A DNA stretch of 64,000 bases from a virus. The translations under genes and the position numbers were made by a program. Within the stretch, counting starts at the first letter, position 1; each line of letters opens with the position of its first letter. The DNA lies in IMG/VR virus record IMGVR_UViG_3300047476_001831, positions 18,086 through 82,085 of that record, one strand, 5' to 3'. The notes beneath the pieces are model-generated. The model had not been told where the DNA came from, ran no database searches, and was given only the letters and a program-made list of their open reading frames with translations. Below are positions 54,281-64,000 of this stretch, piece by piece.

Positions 54281-57100
54281 TTAACTGTTTAGTCCATTCA
54301 TTCCCCCCAATCGTACAGCATCAAGTAAAACTATTGTTCTACCTTGACCATTTGTCCATTGAGGATGAGGGACACTAATTTGATTTATTGTTCCTCCTGA
54401 TTCGCAAGGACAACATATTTGACAAGCAAGATATTCAGTACCTGCTGATATTGGATCTAAAGGAATAGTTCTATTACCTACTCCACAGAAGGATTGGTTG
54501 AAATAATAATTTTGAACTTCGAATGGTGGGTAAACATTATCAATTGGGCAAGCATTTACTACTTGATAACAAGTACCATTAATATCTGACACAACACTTA
54601 ACGGAGTTTGGAATGGAAAACCGATTATTTGCGACCAATCATTTAATGTAACATTAACTTGAAGTGCGTTTTGTGTGTCACAATTAATGAGAGTTAAACC
54701 TAAAGTTGCTCCTGATGTACATTCCTCACAAGTATTGAAACCAGGACCTGAAGCAATGAAACTGAAATTACTGTTATTTTGTGAATTATCAGCATAATCA
54801 ATAATCTGAAAACACAACCAATCTGAATTACCAAATTGAGAACGAACGTATTGTCCGATAGAGTAGTCCCCCTGTGGTGCCATCAATATACCCCCAAATC
54901 CGGAACCGCATAACTCAACATAAAAAATATCTTTTGTTGAACCAGTACAAGTTTCACAATCTTGATAATGTAACATACTTATGTACTGTGTTAGGTTTAG
55001 AAATCCAACATCAGTTATACTTGTAACATTTGTAATTTCACAACAAGCACTTAATTGTGTATTAAAAAATACTGTACTAGCCGACAAATATTCGTTTGAT
55101 GATGTTTGTCCCGTAACAAAGTCAGTTGTGCAACCTAAATTAAATAATTTATCGTATGAACTAAACCAAACATTACCACTAGTGTCAATATCTATACCCC
55201 AAACTTGGGATATATTTGAACTATTCAGATTGTCGTATGTTTTTAGTAAAGTATTTGTTGTTGCATCAATTTCATATATATGGTTACAACCTTGGTCTGT
55301 TATATATAATTTGTTATTTAGTGAATCAAATTTAATTTCTTCAAAATTTCCACTACAAAATGTAGTAAATGGATGGAATGTATAACCACTTGATAAAGTA
55401 TCAAATTTTACATATACTGAATTGTTGGTTGCTATATAAATTGTTGTACCATCTACATCTAACGATTTTGGGGTATATGGTATTATAAAGTTTCCTTGGT
55501 AAGTGTATGAAGAATCAAAAACATCGATTGAACCATTTAAATTTAATGCGTAAAATGTTGAACCCACTTGTACAATGTCAGAATAACTATTATTCATATT
55601 ACCGAATGAGTTTATTTCTGCCATTGTACTATATGAAGTACCACTATAAACTCTAATTGGTAAATCTATATTACCACAACAACCTCCATAGACAACATAA
55701 AAGAATCCATCGTTTGAATTGAAATAAACTTTACGTGGATTAATTGTTGTTGCATTTCCAACAAACGAATAATTAGATAAATTACTAGAATCAAAAAAAC
55801 AAACTTGATTTGAAGCTCCAGGAGCAACACAAACTACACCATTTGATTCGTCAATATCCAAACTCCTTGGTTGAGATAAAATGTTTGATGATGTTTGTAA
55901 AATTGTTTGGGATAATAAATTTACTTCGATAATTCTGGAATCATTTAATAGAGGAACAAATGCTCTGTCAGAGTTAGTAATTGCAAAATCCCCTCCACCA
56001 TATCCTTGTGCTGTTGTACTTATAAAATTCTGTGGGCCACAAATTTCGAGTGGTTCACATGTAATGAAATCATAAATTACGCCATAACACTCCAAACAAT
56101 CCTCACAATCTTTCTGAGGATCATAGTTTGCCAATTCATTAATTGTTACCGCACTCATAGGATCAGCAATACCACTTACCTGATAACAACCATTACCTAT
56201 TGATAAATGTGTAGAATTTCCAACATCGAATAAATTTGATGCCCAAACAACTTCAGTTGTATTATCCAAACAATTAACTAATAATCGTTTGTCATTATTG
56301 AAACTCAAACAATAATCACAATCAATACCAGCTTGTGGATTGAAGACACCTAAATCTGTAACGAAAATACCAGTAGTCGTAGTTGATGCGGTTTTACCCA
56401 CAATACCACAAAACTGAGTTAGTTGAGCCAAATCAGTGTATGTAATCAAGTGTCTTTCCAAATTTGATGTCGGAAGAGCAACATAAATAATGAAACCTGA
56501 TGAACAGTCCTCAACTTCATAAACAAGTGGTGATGTACTCAAACAAGTTTGACAATCTGTTTGAGCACTAAATACTGTCAATATTGTTGGAGGTATGAAC
56601 TGTTTATTAGGGTCTATATATGTCAAACCTTGATACTTATAACAAGCTCTATCAAAATAAGAACCCATCTCACTAAAAGAAACATAATATTCTAAAAAGA
56701 AAACATCACCTATATTTGGATATGGTGGTGTAATTTGATTGATTGGGATTGGAAGTTCTCCACCCTCAAAACAAGGTTTAAAAATAACATAGTTAGAAAT
56801 TGCATTCAAACAATCTTCACAACCTGATGGATTTTGAGGTCCATATGAATTGACGATAATTGCCGTTGGTGTGGAGGGACGTGGGGTAAGTTGAAAATCC
56901 TCAACTCTATAACAACCGTATGGTATTCCCGCTTGACAAGGAGGTATTCGACAAGGTAAAGTAATTCCACTTAATGAATAAACATTACCTACTATTAGTT
57001 GATTTGAGTTATCTTCTATTACAACACTATATCCAAGACACTCGAATCCATCAGATGGAACACAAGTACAATTAACTATATTTACAATGTATGATGCCAT
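54281..57100 (-). CDS. Cys-rich structural protein with central beta-propeller (paralogue B)
   Basis: Colinear with paralogue A, also 939 aa. Confidence 0.7.
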   Translation of the reverse strand: MASYIVNIVNCTCVPSDGFECLGYSVVIEDNSNQLIVGNVYSLSGITLPCRIPPCQAGIPYGCYRVEDFQLTPRPSTPTAIIVNSYGPQNPSGCEDCLNAISNYVIFKPCFEGGELPIPINQITPPYPNIGDVFFLEYYVSFSEMGSYFDRACYKYQGLTYIDPNKQFIPPTILTVFSAQTDCQTCLSTSPLVYEVEDCSSGFIIYVALPTSNLERHLITYTDLAQLTQFCGIVGKTASTTTTGIFVTDLGVFNPQAGIDCDYCLSFNNDKRLLVNCLDNTTEVVWASNLFDVGNSTHLSIGNGCYQVSGIADPMSAVTINELANYDPQKDCEDCLECYGVIYDFITCEPLEICGPQNFISTTAQGYGGGDFAITNSDRAFVPLLNDSRIIEVNLLSQTILQTSSNILSQPRSLDIDESNGVVCVAPGASNQVCFFDSSNLSNYSFVGNATTINPRKVYFNSNDGFFYVVYGGCCGNIDLPIRVYSGTSYSTMAEINSFGNMNNSYSDIVQVGSTFYALNLNGSIDVFDSSYTYQGNFIIPYTPKSLDVDGTTIYIATNNSVYVKFDTLSSGYTFHPFTTFCSGNFEEIKFDSLNNKLYITDQGCNHIYEIDATTNTLLKTYDNLNSSNISQVWGIDIDTSGNVWFSSYDKLFNLGCTTDFVTGQTSSNEYLSASTVFFNTQLSACCEITNVTSITDVGFLNLTQYISMLHYQDCETCTGSTKDIFYVELCGSGFGGILMAPQGDYSIGQYVRSQFGNSDWLCFQIIDYADNSQNNSNFSFIASGPGFNTCEECTSGATLGLTLINCDTQNALQVNVTLNDWSQIIGFPFQTPLSVVSDINGTCYQVVNACPIDNVYPPFEVQNYYFNQSFCGVGNRTIPLDPISAGTEYLACQICCPCESGGTINQISVPHPQWTNGQGRTIVLLDAVRLGGMNGLNS

Positions 57101-57122
57101 ATTTTTTTTTTATTTATAAATA

Positions 57123-58022
57123 TTATTGGAATTCCGTTTGTAATATCATAGTCGTTGAAATATTATTAGTTCTTTCAACAGAATGATTTTTAATCTCGAA
57201 TGGATAGAACATTTTATTATTATCTTCTTTTCCAAATAAAATGAAATCATAGTTATCCAAAACGGATTCATTTGCAATCAATGGAAAATCTTTAATTACA
57301 AAGTCAGCAATTCCCAACTTCATTATTTTTTCATATCTTTCTTCCATATTATCAATTGGTGTTCTTTTATATGATGAAACAACTTCATCAGAATGAATTC
57401 CAATTGTTAGTATGTCAAATTCTTTTTTTGCCCTTTCGAATAATTTGATGTGACCTTCGTGTAATAAATCAAATACACCTGAAGTTAAACAATGGAAGTT
57501 TTTGAATTGGTAGATGTGCCCAGGATTTTGTTTTACCGAAGCATAACTTTTCTTGATAGGTGTTTCCCAAGTTTCTCCATATCTAATTTTTAAGAATAAT
57601 TCCAAATGTCTTGGGCAATCAAATCTAACACCATCCAAATCTATCTCCTCCAATTCATCGAAAAAGAAACTTCTCATATTTATACCACCAGTCATAGAAA
57701 ATTGTGAATGTAACCACTTTTCTTTTTGATAATAAAAAAAGAAATCAACTATAAAACCCTCAATATTATATCTTAAAAATGCAAAGTTGTTAAACGGATA
57801 AACCTTTTTACCGAGATGACGACTTATTATATTCTCAATTATTTTGATTTTATTTCTGTCATCTAATAAAATTCCAAAATCAATATCATCATCCCAGTCT
57901 AATAATCTACCTTCTCTTTTAGCTCCCAATAATTGACCAAAATCTAACCAACATTTAAAACCAAATTGTGTGATTTCCTTTTGTATTGTTTGTAATTTTT
58001 GTAATATTTCAATTTTGTTCAT
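57123..58022 (-). CDS. LicD-family phosphotransferase fused to cytidylyltransferase
   Basis: WLDFGQLLGAKREG...WDDDIDF; GVFDLLHEGH; RT.NISTT. Confidence 0.85.
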   Translation of the reverse strand: MNKIEILQKLQTIQKEITQFGFKCWLDFGQLLGAKREGRLLDWDDDIDFGILLDDRNKIKIIENIISRHLGKKVYPFNNFAFLRYNIEGFIVDFFFYYQKEKWLHSQFSMTGGINMRSFFFDELEEIDLDGVRFDCPRHLELFLKIRYGETWETPIKKSYASVKQNPGHIYQFKNFHCLTSGVFDLLHEGHIKLFERAKKEFDILTIGIHSDEVVSSYKRTPIDNMEERYEKIMKLGIADFVIKDFPLIANESVLDNYDFILFGKEDNNKMFYPFEIKNHSVERTNNISTTMILQTEFQ

Positions 58023-58027
58023 TTGGA

Positions 58028-59491
58028 TTACTTATAGTTCACAATTTGGAACTTTAATTGTCTTTTATATGTATTAACCTCTCCACTACTTTCAACTTTG
58101 ATGTCAATAAAATATTCATTGGGTATTTTATCTCTTGTATCAAATATGAAGTAGTATTCGTTTGGAGTTCTATTTATTGATGTCCAATCCTGTACTTGAA
58201 CTTCAGTTTGTCCTTCTCTAACATATACACGATAATATGCACTTACTTTTGGTAATAATTTATTTGTTGTATATGCTTGTTTAATTATAACACCAACTTT
58301 ACGAATGTCTGTATTGAAAATCTTTTCATCTTGTTTGATACCGTAATAATCAAAACCATATATTTTAGGATCAACTGAATTTGTACCAATAGTAAATCCA
58401 TTTTTAAATGGTTGTAATGTAAAATCATTAGTTATGTTAGGTAGTGGGAATCCGTTATAAGTTAAACCTGTCCATTTATCTGAGAAAGTACATGGTGTTT
58501 TATATCCAATAAGTGGTGGGACTGTAACTTCATAAACTCCTTGAGTTCTCTGACAAGTAGTTAGAGCAGATAGTCCGGGTATGACAGTACCAGTATTATC
58601 TAATATTGCGACTGTTGGAAGGTTGTCTAAATTAATTGGATTACCATCCTCGTATAAGTAAAGATATAATTTGTTAACTCGTCCTAATGTAAATGAGTTT
58701 CTATCATCTTCAATTAAATCATTGTAAGTTGTTTCCAAATATGGTTCATAAAATGTTTGAGTGTGTCTTGTAAAGAATTGAACTTCATATGTATCAGTTA
58801 AACCACTTAATAATTCAACTTGTGGTTTATAAGCAATAACCCAACCAGTAATTCCACTAACACCACCATTCAATAAATCATTTATTTCATTTGTCATATC
58901 CAATTCAATGTTTTCATCACCGAATTGGAAATGTTGTTCACTTACTAATGTAAGAGCAGAATATGGAGTAGTACCTAAATTACGGTTATTATAAATTCCA
59001 GGTTCTTCCCAAGTATCTATGGTAGTAGTTTCAAACCAATTAGAGGGTCTTGTTGAAAAATTTCTATCAACAATGTTGTATTGATAAATTAAATCGGCAA
59101 AATCATAACCTACACCTTCGTCCCAATTTTGTGGTAAACTTTGGTCAAAATTAATTGGGGGTATTCTTAATAAAACTAAATCAAATGAAGTTGCTCTTTG
59201 TCTTCCTTGTGATGTTGTTGTGTTCAATAATTCTTTATCAAAAGTAGATGTATTAGTCATTCTCAAAGTATGTGTAAGAGTTGTACAACCTGTTGAGATT
59301 AATCTACTTGATATTTTTTCTCTAAGTAGGTCTAAGTCTAAATCAAAAATAAATCTACTATAACCTGATGGGAATTGTGTTACAACTGTTGTACCATAAA
59401 AAAGTTCAGTTACTGGATTTCTTCCAGTATTTGTGTAACTATTTGATATTAATGTATTATTTTTACTAAAATATGACTTGTGGATTGACAT
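58028..59491 (-). CDS. Probable virion structural protein
   Basis: Beta-rich ORF; ATATTTAT upstream. Confidence 0.6.
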   Translation of the reverse strand: MSIHKSYFSKNNTLISNSYTNTGRNPVTELFYGTTVVTQFPSGYSRFIFDLDLDLLREKISSRLISTGCTTLTHTLRMTNTSTFDKELLNTTTSQGRQRATSFDLVLLRIPPINFDQSLPQNWDEGVGYDFADLIYQYNIVDRNFSTRPSNWFETTTIDTWEEPGIYNNRNLGTTPYSALTLVSEQHFQFGDENIELDMTNEINDLLNGGVSGITGWVIAYKPQVELLSGLTDTYEVQFFTRHTQTFYEPYLETTYNDLIEDDRNSFTLGRVNKLYLYLYEDGNPINLDNLPTVAILDNTGTVIPGLSALTTCQRTQGVYEVTVPPLIGYKTPCTFSDKWTGLTYNGFPLPNITNDFTLQPFKNGFTIGTNSVDPKIYGFDYYGIKQDEKIFNTDIRKVGVIIKQAYTTNKLLPKVSAYYRVYVREGQTEVQVQDWTSINRTPNEYYFIFDTRDKIPNEYFIDIKVESSGEVNTYKRQLKFQIVNYK

Positions 59492-59513
59492 CTATATGTT
59501 TTATACATAAATA

Positions 59514-61103
59514 TCAATTAATTCTAATATTTTGATTAAGTATCAAAGTTTCGGCATTGTTCAATAAATTTTCAATATCTTCTAGTCTTTGACCATTTCC
59601 ACTTGCACGAGATACAGGTTTTATAATTGCAATTGGATGAACGTGTCCTTCCAAAAAGGCATACATTTTTCTAAGAAGTTCTATGATAACCTCACCTCTA
59701 ACTGTAGAATATGTTAAATTTTCCAATGAATTTTTTCCTCTTACAAATGTATTTTGAGGAATACCGTAAATTGTATCTTGTAAATTTATTTTATTTTTTC
59801 TACTCGTTGAATCTTGGGATAACAAATAAATTTTTTGAGCACCCATCACCCCATAACTAATAGGTTCTGACTTAAAACTACTTGGGAAAAGTGTTTGTTG
59901 GATTAAATCGTATTGAGTACCGTAAATTGGTTTTTCACCTTTTTTATTCCAAACTAAGAAATAACCAGTTTGTTTAGAACCTTTATCTAAACATATTGCT
60001 CTAGAAAATTTATTATAATTAATAATTTCCGCAGCATCAGGTGTTGATGTAACAGCACTAAATTTGTTTCCCTTTTCATATGTTTCTGCTGATGGTGTTA
60101 CCACAAATGGAAACTGATTTTGAAATACAGTTTGGTCTGCTGAGGTATAACCACTATAAGTTAAATAACCATCAAAAACACCCTTTATGAATGTATTAAA
60201 TATAAAAACAACTTCTTCAAATGTGTTACCAATTACATCAATTTTTGCACTAGTTTCAGTTAATTGTGTTCCAATTGTTAATTTTGTAATTGTTTCAGAA
60301 TCAAAATTTTGTGTGTTAAATTCTGTATTATCCTTATTCCAATTGTATAGTTTTATATAACCCGTAAAAACATTTGGGGTTACATCGTTTTCTAAATTGT
60401 TAATATGCCAAACAATAACCTTCTCAACAAGTTTAATAACTTCTTTAAGTGAACTTGAACTTTGCGCAGTATCTTGTACTTCTTTGATTGGGAAGTAAGA
60501 TAATTGTAAAAATGCTCTATTTGTATTAGGTGTTGGTAACTGATTATATGATAATCTGGGTGTTTTACCTGCTCTCAAAATTAAATCATTTTCTTTAACA
60601 ATAATATCAGCAGTACCCCTACCTAAAATTCCAACATCCTCTGGTTTTGGGAATATTCCTTCAGTACTACCACCATTTGTAATAATATAACTCCCATCGC
60701 TATTTCTTAGAGATAAACCTTGTTCATATCTAGTACCCGTAGCTAAAAACTTTTTTGAACCTTCTGAATCTTCAAATGGAGTTAATAACGGACTTGAAAA
60801 TGGTCCCTGAATATAAAATTGATTTTCCCTTTTATATTTTTTGTTCATATATATTATATGAACATATTCATTATTTTGTGGAGTTTGATTCAAGAAAAAA
60901 GGTAGTAATGGTAAAAATAAAATAGGATCTTTACTTGTCCATTTCATTTTCTCTTCATCCCAATCAGGTATTGAACCAATGATTGCAGTATAATCATCAG
61001 TTTGAGGTATAACTCTTAGTCTACCTAACATCATTGGGTCTTGATTGTCAAATACCGTACCCGCAAAAATTATTTGATATTCATTTGGTGAACCATCACT
61101 CAT
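59514..61103 (-). CDS. Baseplate hub/spike-like protein (gp5/VgrG-type N-terminal OB-fold)
   Basis: GTVFDNQDPMMLGRLRV; C-terminal H.HP. Confidence 0.6.
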   Translation of the reverse strand: MSDGSPNEYQIIFAGTVFDNQDPMMLGRLRVIPQTDDYTAIIGSIPDWDEEKMKWTSKDPILFLPLLPFFLNQTPQNNEYVHIIYMNKKYKRENQFYIQGPFSSPLLTPFEDSEGSKKFLATGTRYEQGLSLRNSDGSYIITNGGSTEGIFPKPEDVGILGRGTADIIVKENDLILRAGKTPRLSYNQLPTPNTNRAFLQLSYFPIKEVQDTAQSSSSLKEVIKLVEKVIVWHINNLENDVTPNVFTGYIKLYNWNKDNTEFNTQNFDSETITKLTIGTQLTETSAKIDVIGNTFEEVVFIFNTFIKGVFDGYLTYSGYTSADQTVFQNQFPFVVTPSAETYEKGNKFSAVTSTPDAAEIINYNKFSRAICLDKGSKQTGYFLVWNKKGEKPIYGTQYDLIQQTLFPSSFKSEPISYGVMGAQKIYLLSQDSTSRKNKINLQDTIYGIPQNTFVRGKNSLENLTYSTVRGEVIIELLRKMYAFLEGHVHPIAIIKPVSRASGNGQRLEDIENLLNNAETLILNQNIRIN

Positions 61104-61312
61104 TTTTTAGTTCTTTTTTCGTATTCTTTTAAAATAGTATTATAAGTTAACTCTAACTTATCAAGATGTTCTGTCAACTTTAACAAAGTATCTTTCGTAA
61201 ACTTAAAGTCTTCTTGGATAAAATCCATAACAAAAATTAAGTCTTTGTTTGGTGAAGACTTATAATCTTTTATAATTTTAATTGCTTTTTCTGCTTCTTC
61301 AACTTTATTCAT
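61100..61312 (-). CDS. Hypothetical protein
   Basis: ORF. Confidence 0.65.
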   Translation of the reverse strand: MNKVEEAEKAIKIIKDYKSSPNKDLIFVMDFIQEDFKFTKDTLLKLTEHLDKLELTYNTILKEYEKRTKK

Positions 61313-61314
61313 AA

Positions 61315-63255
61315 TTAGAAATATAAACCTGATGCTGATAATGGTACAGTCACACCAGCTGGAGTTACTGTAGTTGGTTTTATTGCAACTTGAACCTTTC
61401 CGTTTTCAGTTTTCTCTTTTTCGGCTGCTTTCAATTGTCCATACATTGCCAACACTGTCAAATTTGGACTTCCATCTGGTAACGCTCCAGTAGGAATCCC
61501 TAATTTTTGTAATTCTTCAATAGTACCAATAAATGCTCTTGATTCGGAGTATCCTCCCAAAAATTCTGATGCAAATAATAATGGTAGTGGTACTTGAGAA
61601 GTGAGTGCACCTAAAGCGTCTTGAGCTATTTGACCACCCACAGACATAATTTTTATTAATTCATCAATAACACTTTTACATTTTCTCCAATCGTTTATAA
61701 ATTGACCTACCAAAAAAAGTATTTGAATTAATTTTAGGATTATTGCAGTTATTTTTCTCTGTCTTTCATCTGTAATATCTTGTAGAACTCTTCTTACTAA
61801 CATTAACAAATCTTTTCGTATTATTTCAAAAAGTTCTTGTATGAAAATTGCACTTATTTTTGAAACTAAATTCACAACAAATTTTTTAAAGTTTCTCACA
61901 AAGTCCAATAGATTTTGAATTTCAGCTAAAAATTGTTGTCCAAGAGATAATAACATAGCGTATATTGGTAATAAAATCTTTGGGGTCAACAAAGAAAATA
62001 CAACCCCTTGAGCCATAAGTTTAATAAAATTAGCATCAACAGCAATCCCAATATTTCCATTTGGTATTTCAACATTCCAAGTTGGGTTGTTTATTAATGT
62101 TTGAGTAAGTTGTGTTGCATTGTCAACTTTATTATTGTCAGGGACAAATCTTAAGTCATTCAAAGCACTCAAAATTCCATCTACATCAACTGGTAATAAC
62201 ACATCACCACAGTTTTCATATTGTACTACACCATTTTTTAAGTTAGAAATTTCTAAATCAATGTTTCTTAAATCTATTTCAGAAAACTCAAAAAATGATT
62301 CATCTAATGGGTCATCAACTGGTACTTTTGCAATTCCACTTACATTTATTTCTTGATTGCTATTATCTGTATCAAAACAAATTCCTAAAATTCTCTTTAT
62401 TATAATAGCAAATTTTGAGTTAACTTCAGCTTGATTAGTTCCAATATTACCTTTAATTGACATCGCTCCGGTTAAACCATTCATTATATTTGCCATAATT
62501 GAATCAAATTCAACAATTTGGATTGATTTAAAATAGTCAATTAAAAATTGGGATACAGTTGTTGCGTTATTTGCTCTTTGTGAAAATGTTACTTTATACC
62601 ACGGTCCTGTTTGACCCAAGTTATCTAAATCAGTGTACTCAATGTCAAATAAGTTTTGTCCAGAATTTCCTTTATATGGACTTCCAGTTGCAGCTGAGAA
62701 TGATACGTTTGGTGCTTGTATTCTATTATATAGTTCCCTATTCATTGAAAAGGGAATATCCTGAATTACAACAGGATTTTGTTCATACGTAAGTTTACCT
62801 ATTTCAGATTCTGGGTCTGTTTTAAGTTGATTTAATAAGTCTATGGATGCTACTTTAATATAAACAACTTGTCCTGGTTGGTATCTTTGTTGTTGGTCAC
62901 AACCTATAGCATTTATAGATTCTTCGTATAAAATTTCCGATAACCTAGGTTCAATATTTTTTATAGTTCTAATCAATAGTTTTTTTATAAAACTTACTGA
63001 ACTGGAACTAGAACCTTTAGTAATTGACCCAACATCTAAAAGTTTTTCAAATTGATTTTTTAAATCTTTTTGAAATTTTTTATTTTTTTCTATTGCTTGT
63101 GAAAGTCTATCGGAGGTTTTGGTTTTGTCTCTCTCTTGTGTGTCTCCAGCTCTTTTGGTAACTTTAACATAATCTTCTTTCAGTTCATTATAGGACTGAA
63201 CTGACTCAATTTTTTTTTTGAGATTATTAAAGTCTGCCGATAAGTCTAAACCCAT
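61315..63255 (-). CDS. Probable structural/baseplate-region protein
   Basis: 646-aa ORF in late cluster. Confidence 0.6.
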   Translation of the reverse strand: MGLDLSADFNNLKKKIESVQSYNELKEDYVKVTKRAGDTQERDKTKTSDRLSQAIEKNKKFQKDLKNQFEKLLDVGSITKGSSSSSVSFIKKLLIRTIKNIEPRLSEILYEESINAIGCDQQQRYQPGQVVYIKVASIDLLNQLKTDPESEIGKLTYEQNPVVIQDIPFSMNRELYNRIQAPNVSFSAATGSPYKGNSGQNLFDIEYTDLDNLGQTGPWYKVTFSQRANNATTVSQFLIDYFKSIQIVEFDSIMANIMNGLTGAMSIKGNIGTNQAEVNSKFAIIIKRILGICFDTDNSNQEINVSGIAKVPVDDPLDESFFEFSEIDLRNIDLEISNLKNGVVQYENCGDVLLPVDVDGILSALNDLRFVPDNNKVDNATQLTQTLINNPTWNVEIPNGNIGIAVDANFIKLMAQGVVFSLLTPKILLPIYAMLLSLGQQFLAEIQNLLDFVRNFKKFVVNLVSKISAIFIQELFEIIRKDLLMLVRRVLQDITDERQRKITAIILKLIQILFLVGQFINDWRKCKSVIDELIKIMSVGGQIAQDALGALTSQVPLPLLFASEFLGGYSESRAFIGTIEELQKLGIPTGALPDGSPNLTVLAMYGQLKAAEKEKTENGKVQVAIKPTTVTPAGVTVPLSASGLYF

Positions 63256-63256
63256 A

Positions 63257-63631
63257 TTATTTTTTCATTTTATATTGGTTGTCTGACTTAGAGATGTCTC
63301 TTTCCATTAAATCTTTTAATACATCATCGTCCATATCTATATCTGAAAGTGAAAATGATTCTTTAGATGTACTAGTTTTCTCCCATATTGAAGATTGTAG
63401 TTTGGAAAGTGCCAACTTTTTTTCAACACAATCATTAATTATTTTTTGTTGTTTTTCAATGACAGGACCTATTAATGTCATATCTTCAGGTTCTTTCATC
63501 ATAGTCAACATTTTGTTTTGTATTCTTATTGCAGTATTTCTTTGCTCTACAAGTTCGTTGTAGATTTCTTGCATTAAGGATAAAACAGAATCCTTAGATA
63601 AATTAATTTCTTTTTTTAATGGTCTTGGCAT
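63257..63631 (-). CDS. Hypothetical protein
   Basis: ORF; ATATTTAT upstream. Confidence 0.7.
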   Translation of the reverse strand: MPRPLKKEINLSKDSVLSLMQEIYNELVEQRNTAIRIQNKMLTMMKEPEDMTLIGPVIEKQQKIINDCVEKKLALSKLQSSIWEKTSTSKESFSLSDIDMDDDVLKDLMERDISKSDNQYKMKK

Positions 63632-63643
63632 ATAGATAAATAT

Positions 63644-64000
63644 TTATTTTACCATTTTTTCTACCATAGCTAAATATATGAACTTGAATTTTTTCAATGA
63701 GGTTCGTATTTCTTTGGTATTTAAGTTTGTCATTTCTCTAAGAGAAAGTAAAATGACATTTTTGTTGAATTTGTTATTTGACGCACTTACAAATATTCTA
63801 TCATAATTGTCAAAAATATCGTATAGAGCTTGACCTAGTTTGAGTTCATTTTCATTTAGTGTATTTTGACTAAATAAAACATCTAGTTCTTTTAGAAACT
63901 TTTTAATAATATCTTCAGGTTCAATTGTATCATTATCAATATTGTAAGAATAGTGTTCATCGTTTTCCAAGTCAGATGAAATGTCCTCATAGGATATTTT
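63644..64000 (-). CDS. Hypothetical protein, 5' end outside window (possible sigma-like C-terminal HTH)
   Basis: Frame open to window edge (KISYEDISSDLENDE...); LSLREMTNLNTKEIR. Confidence 0.6.
   Translation of the reverse strand, partial: KISYEDISSDLENDEHYSYNIDNDTIEPEDIIKKFLKELDVLFSQNTLNENELKLGQALYDIFDNYDRIFVSASNNKFNKNVILLSLREMTNLNTKEIRTSLKKFKFIYLAMVEKMVK

Noticed and set aside
51436-57100. Diversity-generating retroelement or invertible tail-fibre switch
   Set aside because: No reverse transcriptase, no near-identical template/variable repeat, no recombinase, and both genes share one orientation
1-64000. Stop-codon reassignment
   Set aside because: Core genes are full length in the standard code, all three stops are used, and no suppressor tRNA was found

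Overview
AT-rich, 64 kb segment of a large T4-like (jumbo-type) phage. The host is most likely Bacteroidota, judged from TTTG...TAnnTTTG promoters, a Bacteroidota-type bS21 and DUF4230 genes. The left third (~2-20 kb) is a translation and RNA-maintenance island. It holds a DUF2828/TROVE-like vWA gene followed by three covarying structured RNA repeats and 25 tRNAs covering all 20 amino acids. It also holds a tRNA-Leu(UAA) group I intron whose catalytic core is read through by its HNH ORF, three tRNA-like RNAs with no anticodon, further orphan structured RNAs, and two leader-peptide attenuators upstream of tRNA clusters. The middle has tmRNA with a long tag, an N-terminally truncated ClpC with a divergent UVR-repeat partner, and KTSC and nucleotidyltransferase genes. 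The right half is the head module (terminase, portal, bS21, prohead protease, scaffold, gp23-type capsid), probable head-internal proteins, two tandem 939-aa Cys-rich propeller paralogues, a LicD-cytidylyltransferase fusion and baseplate-like genes. All calls come from reading the sequence by eye; no database searches were run.
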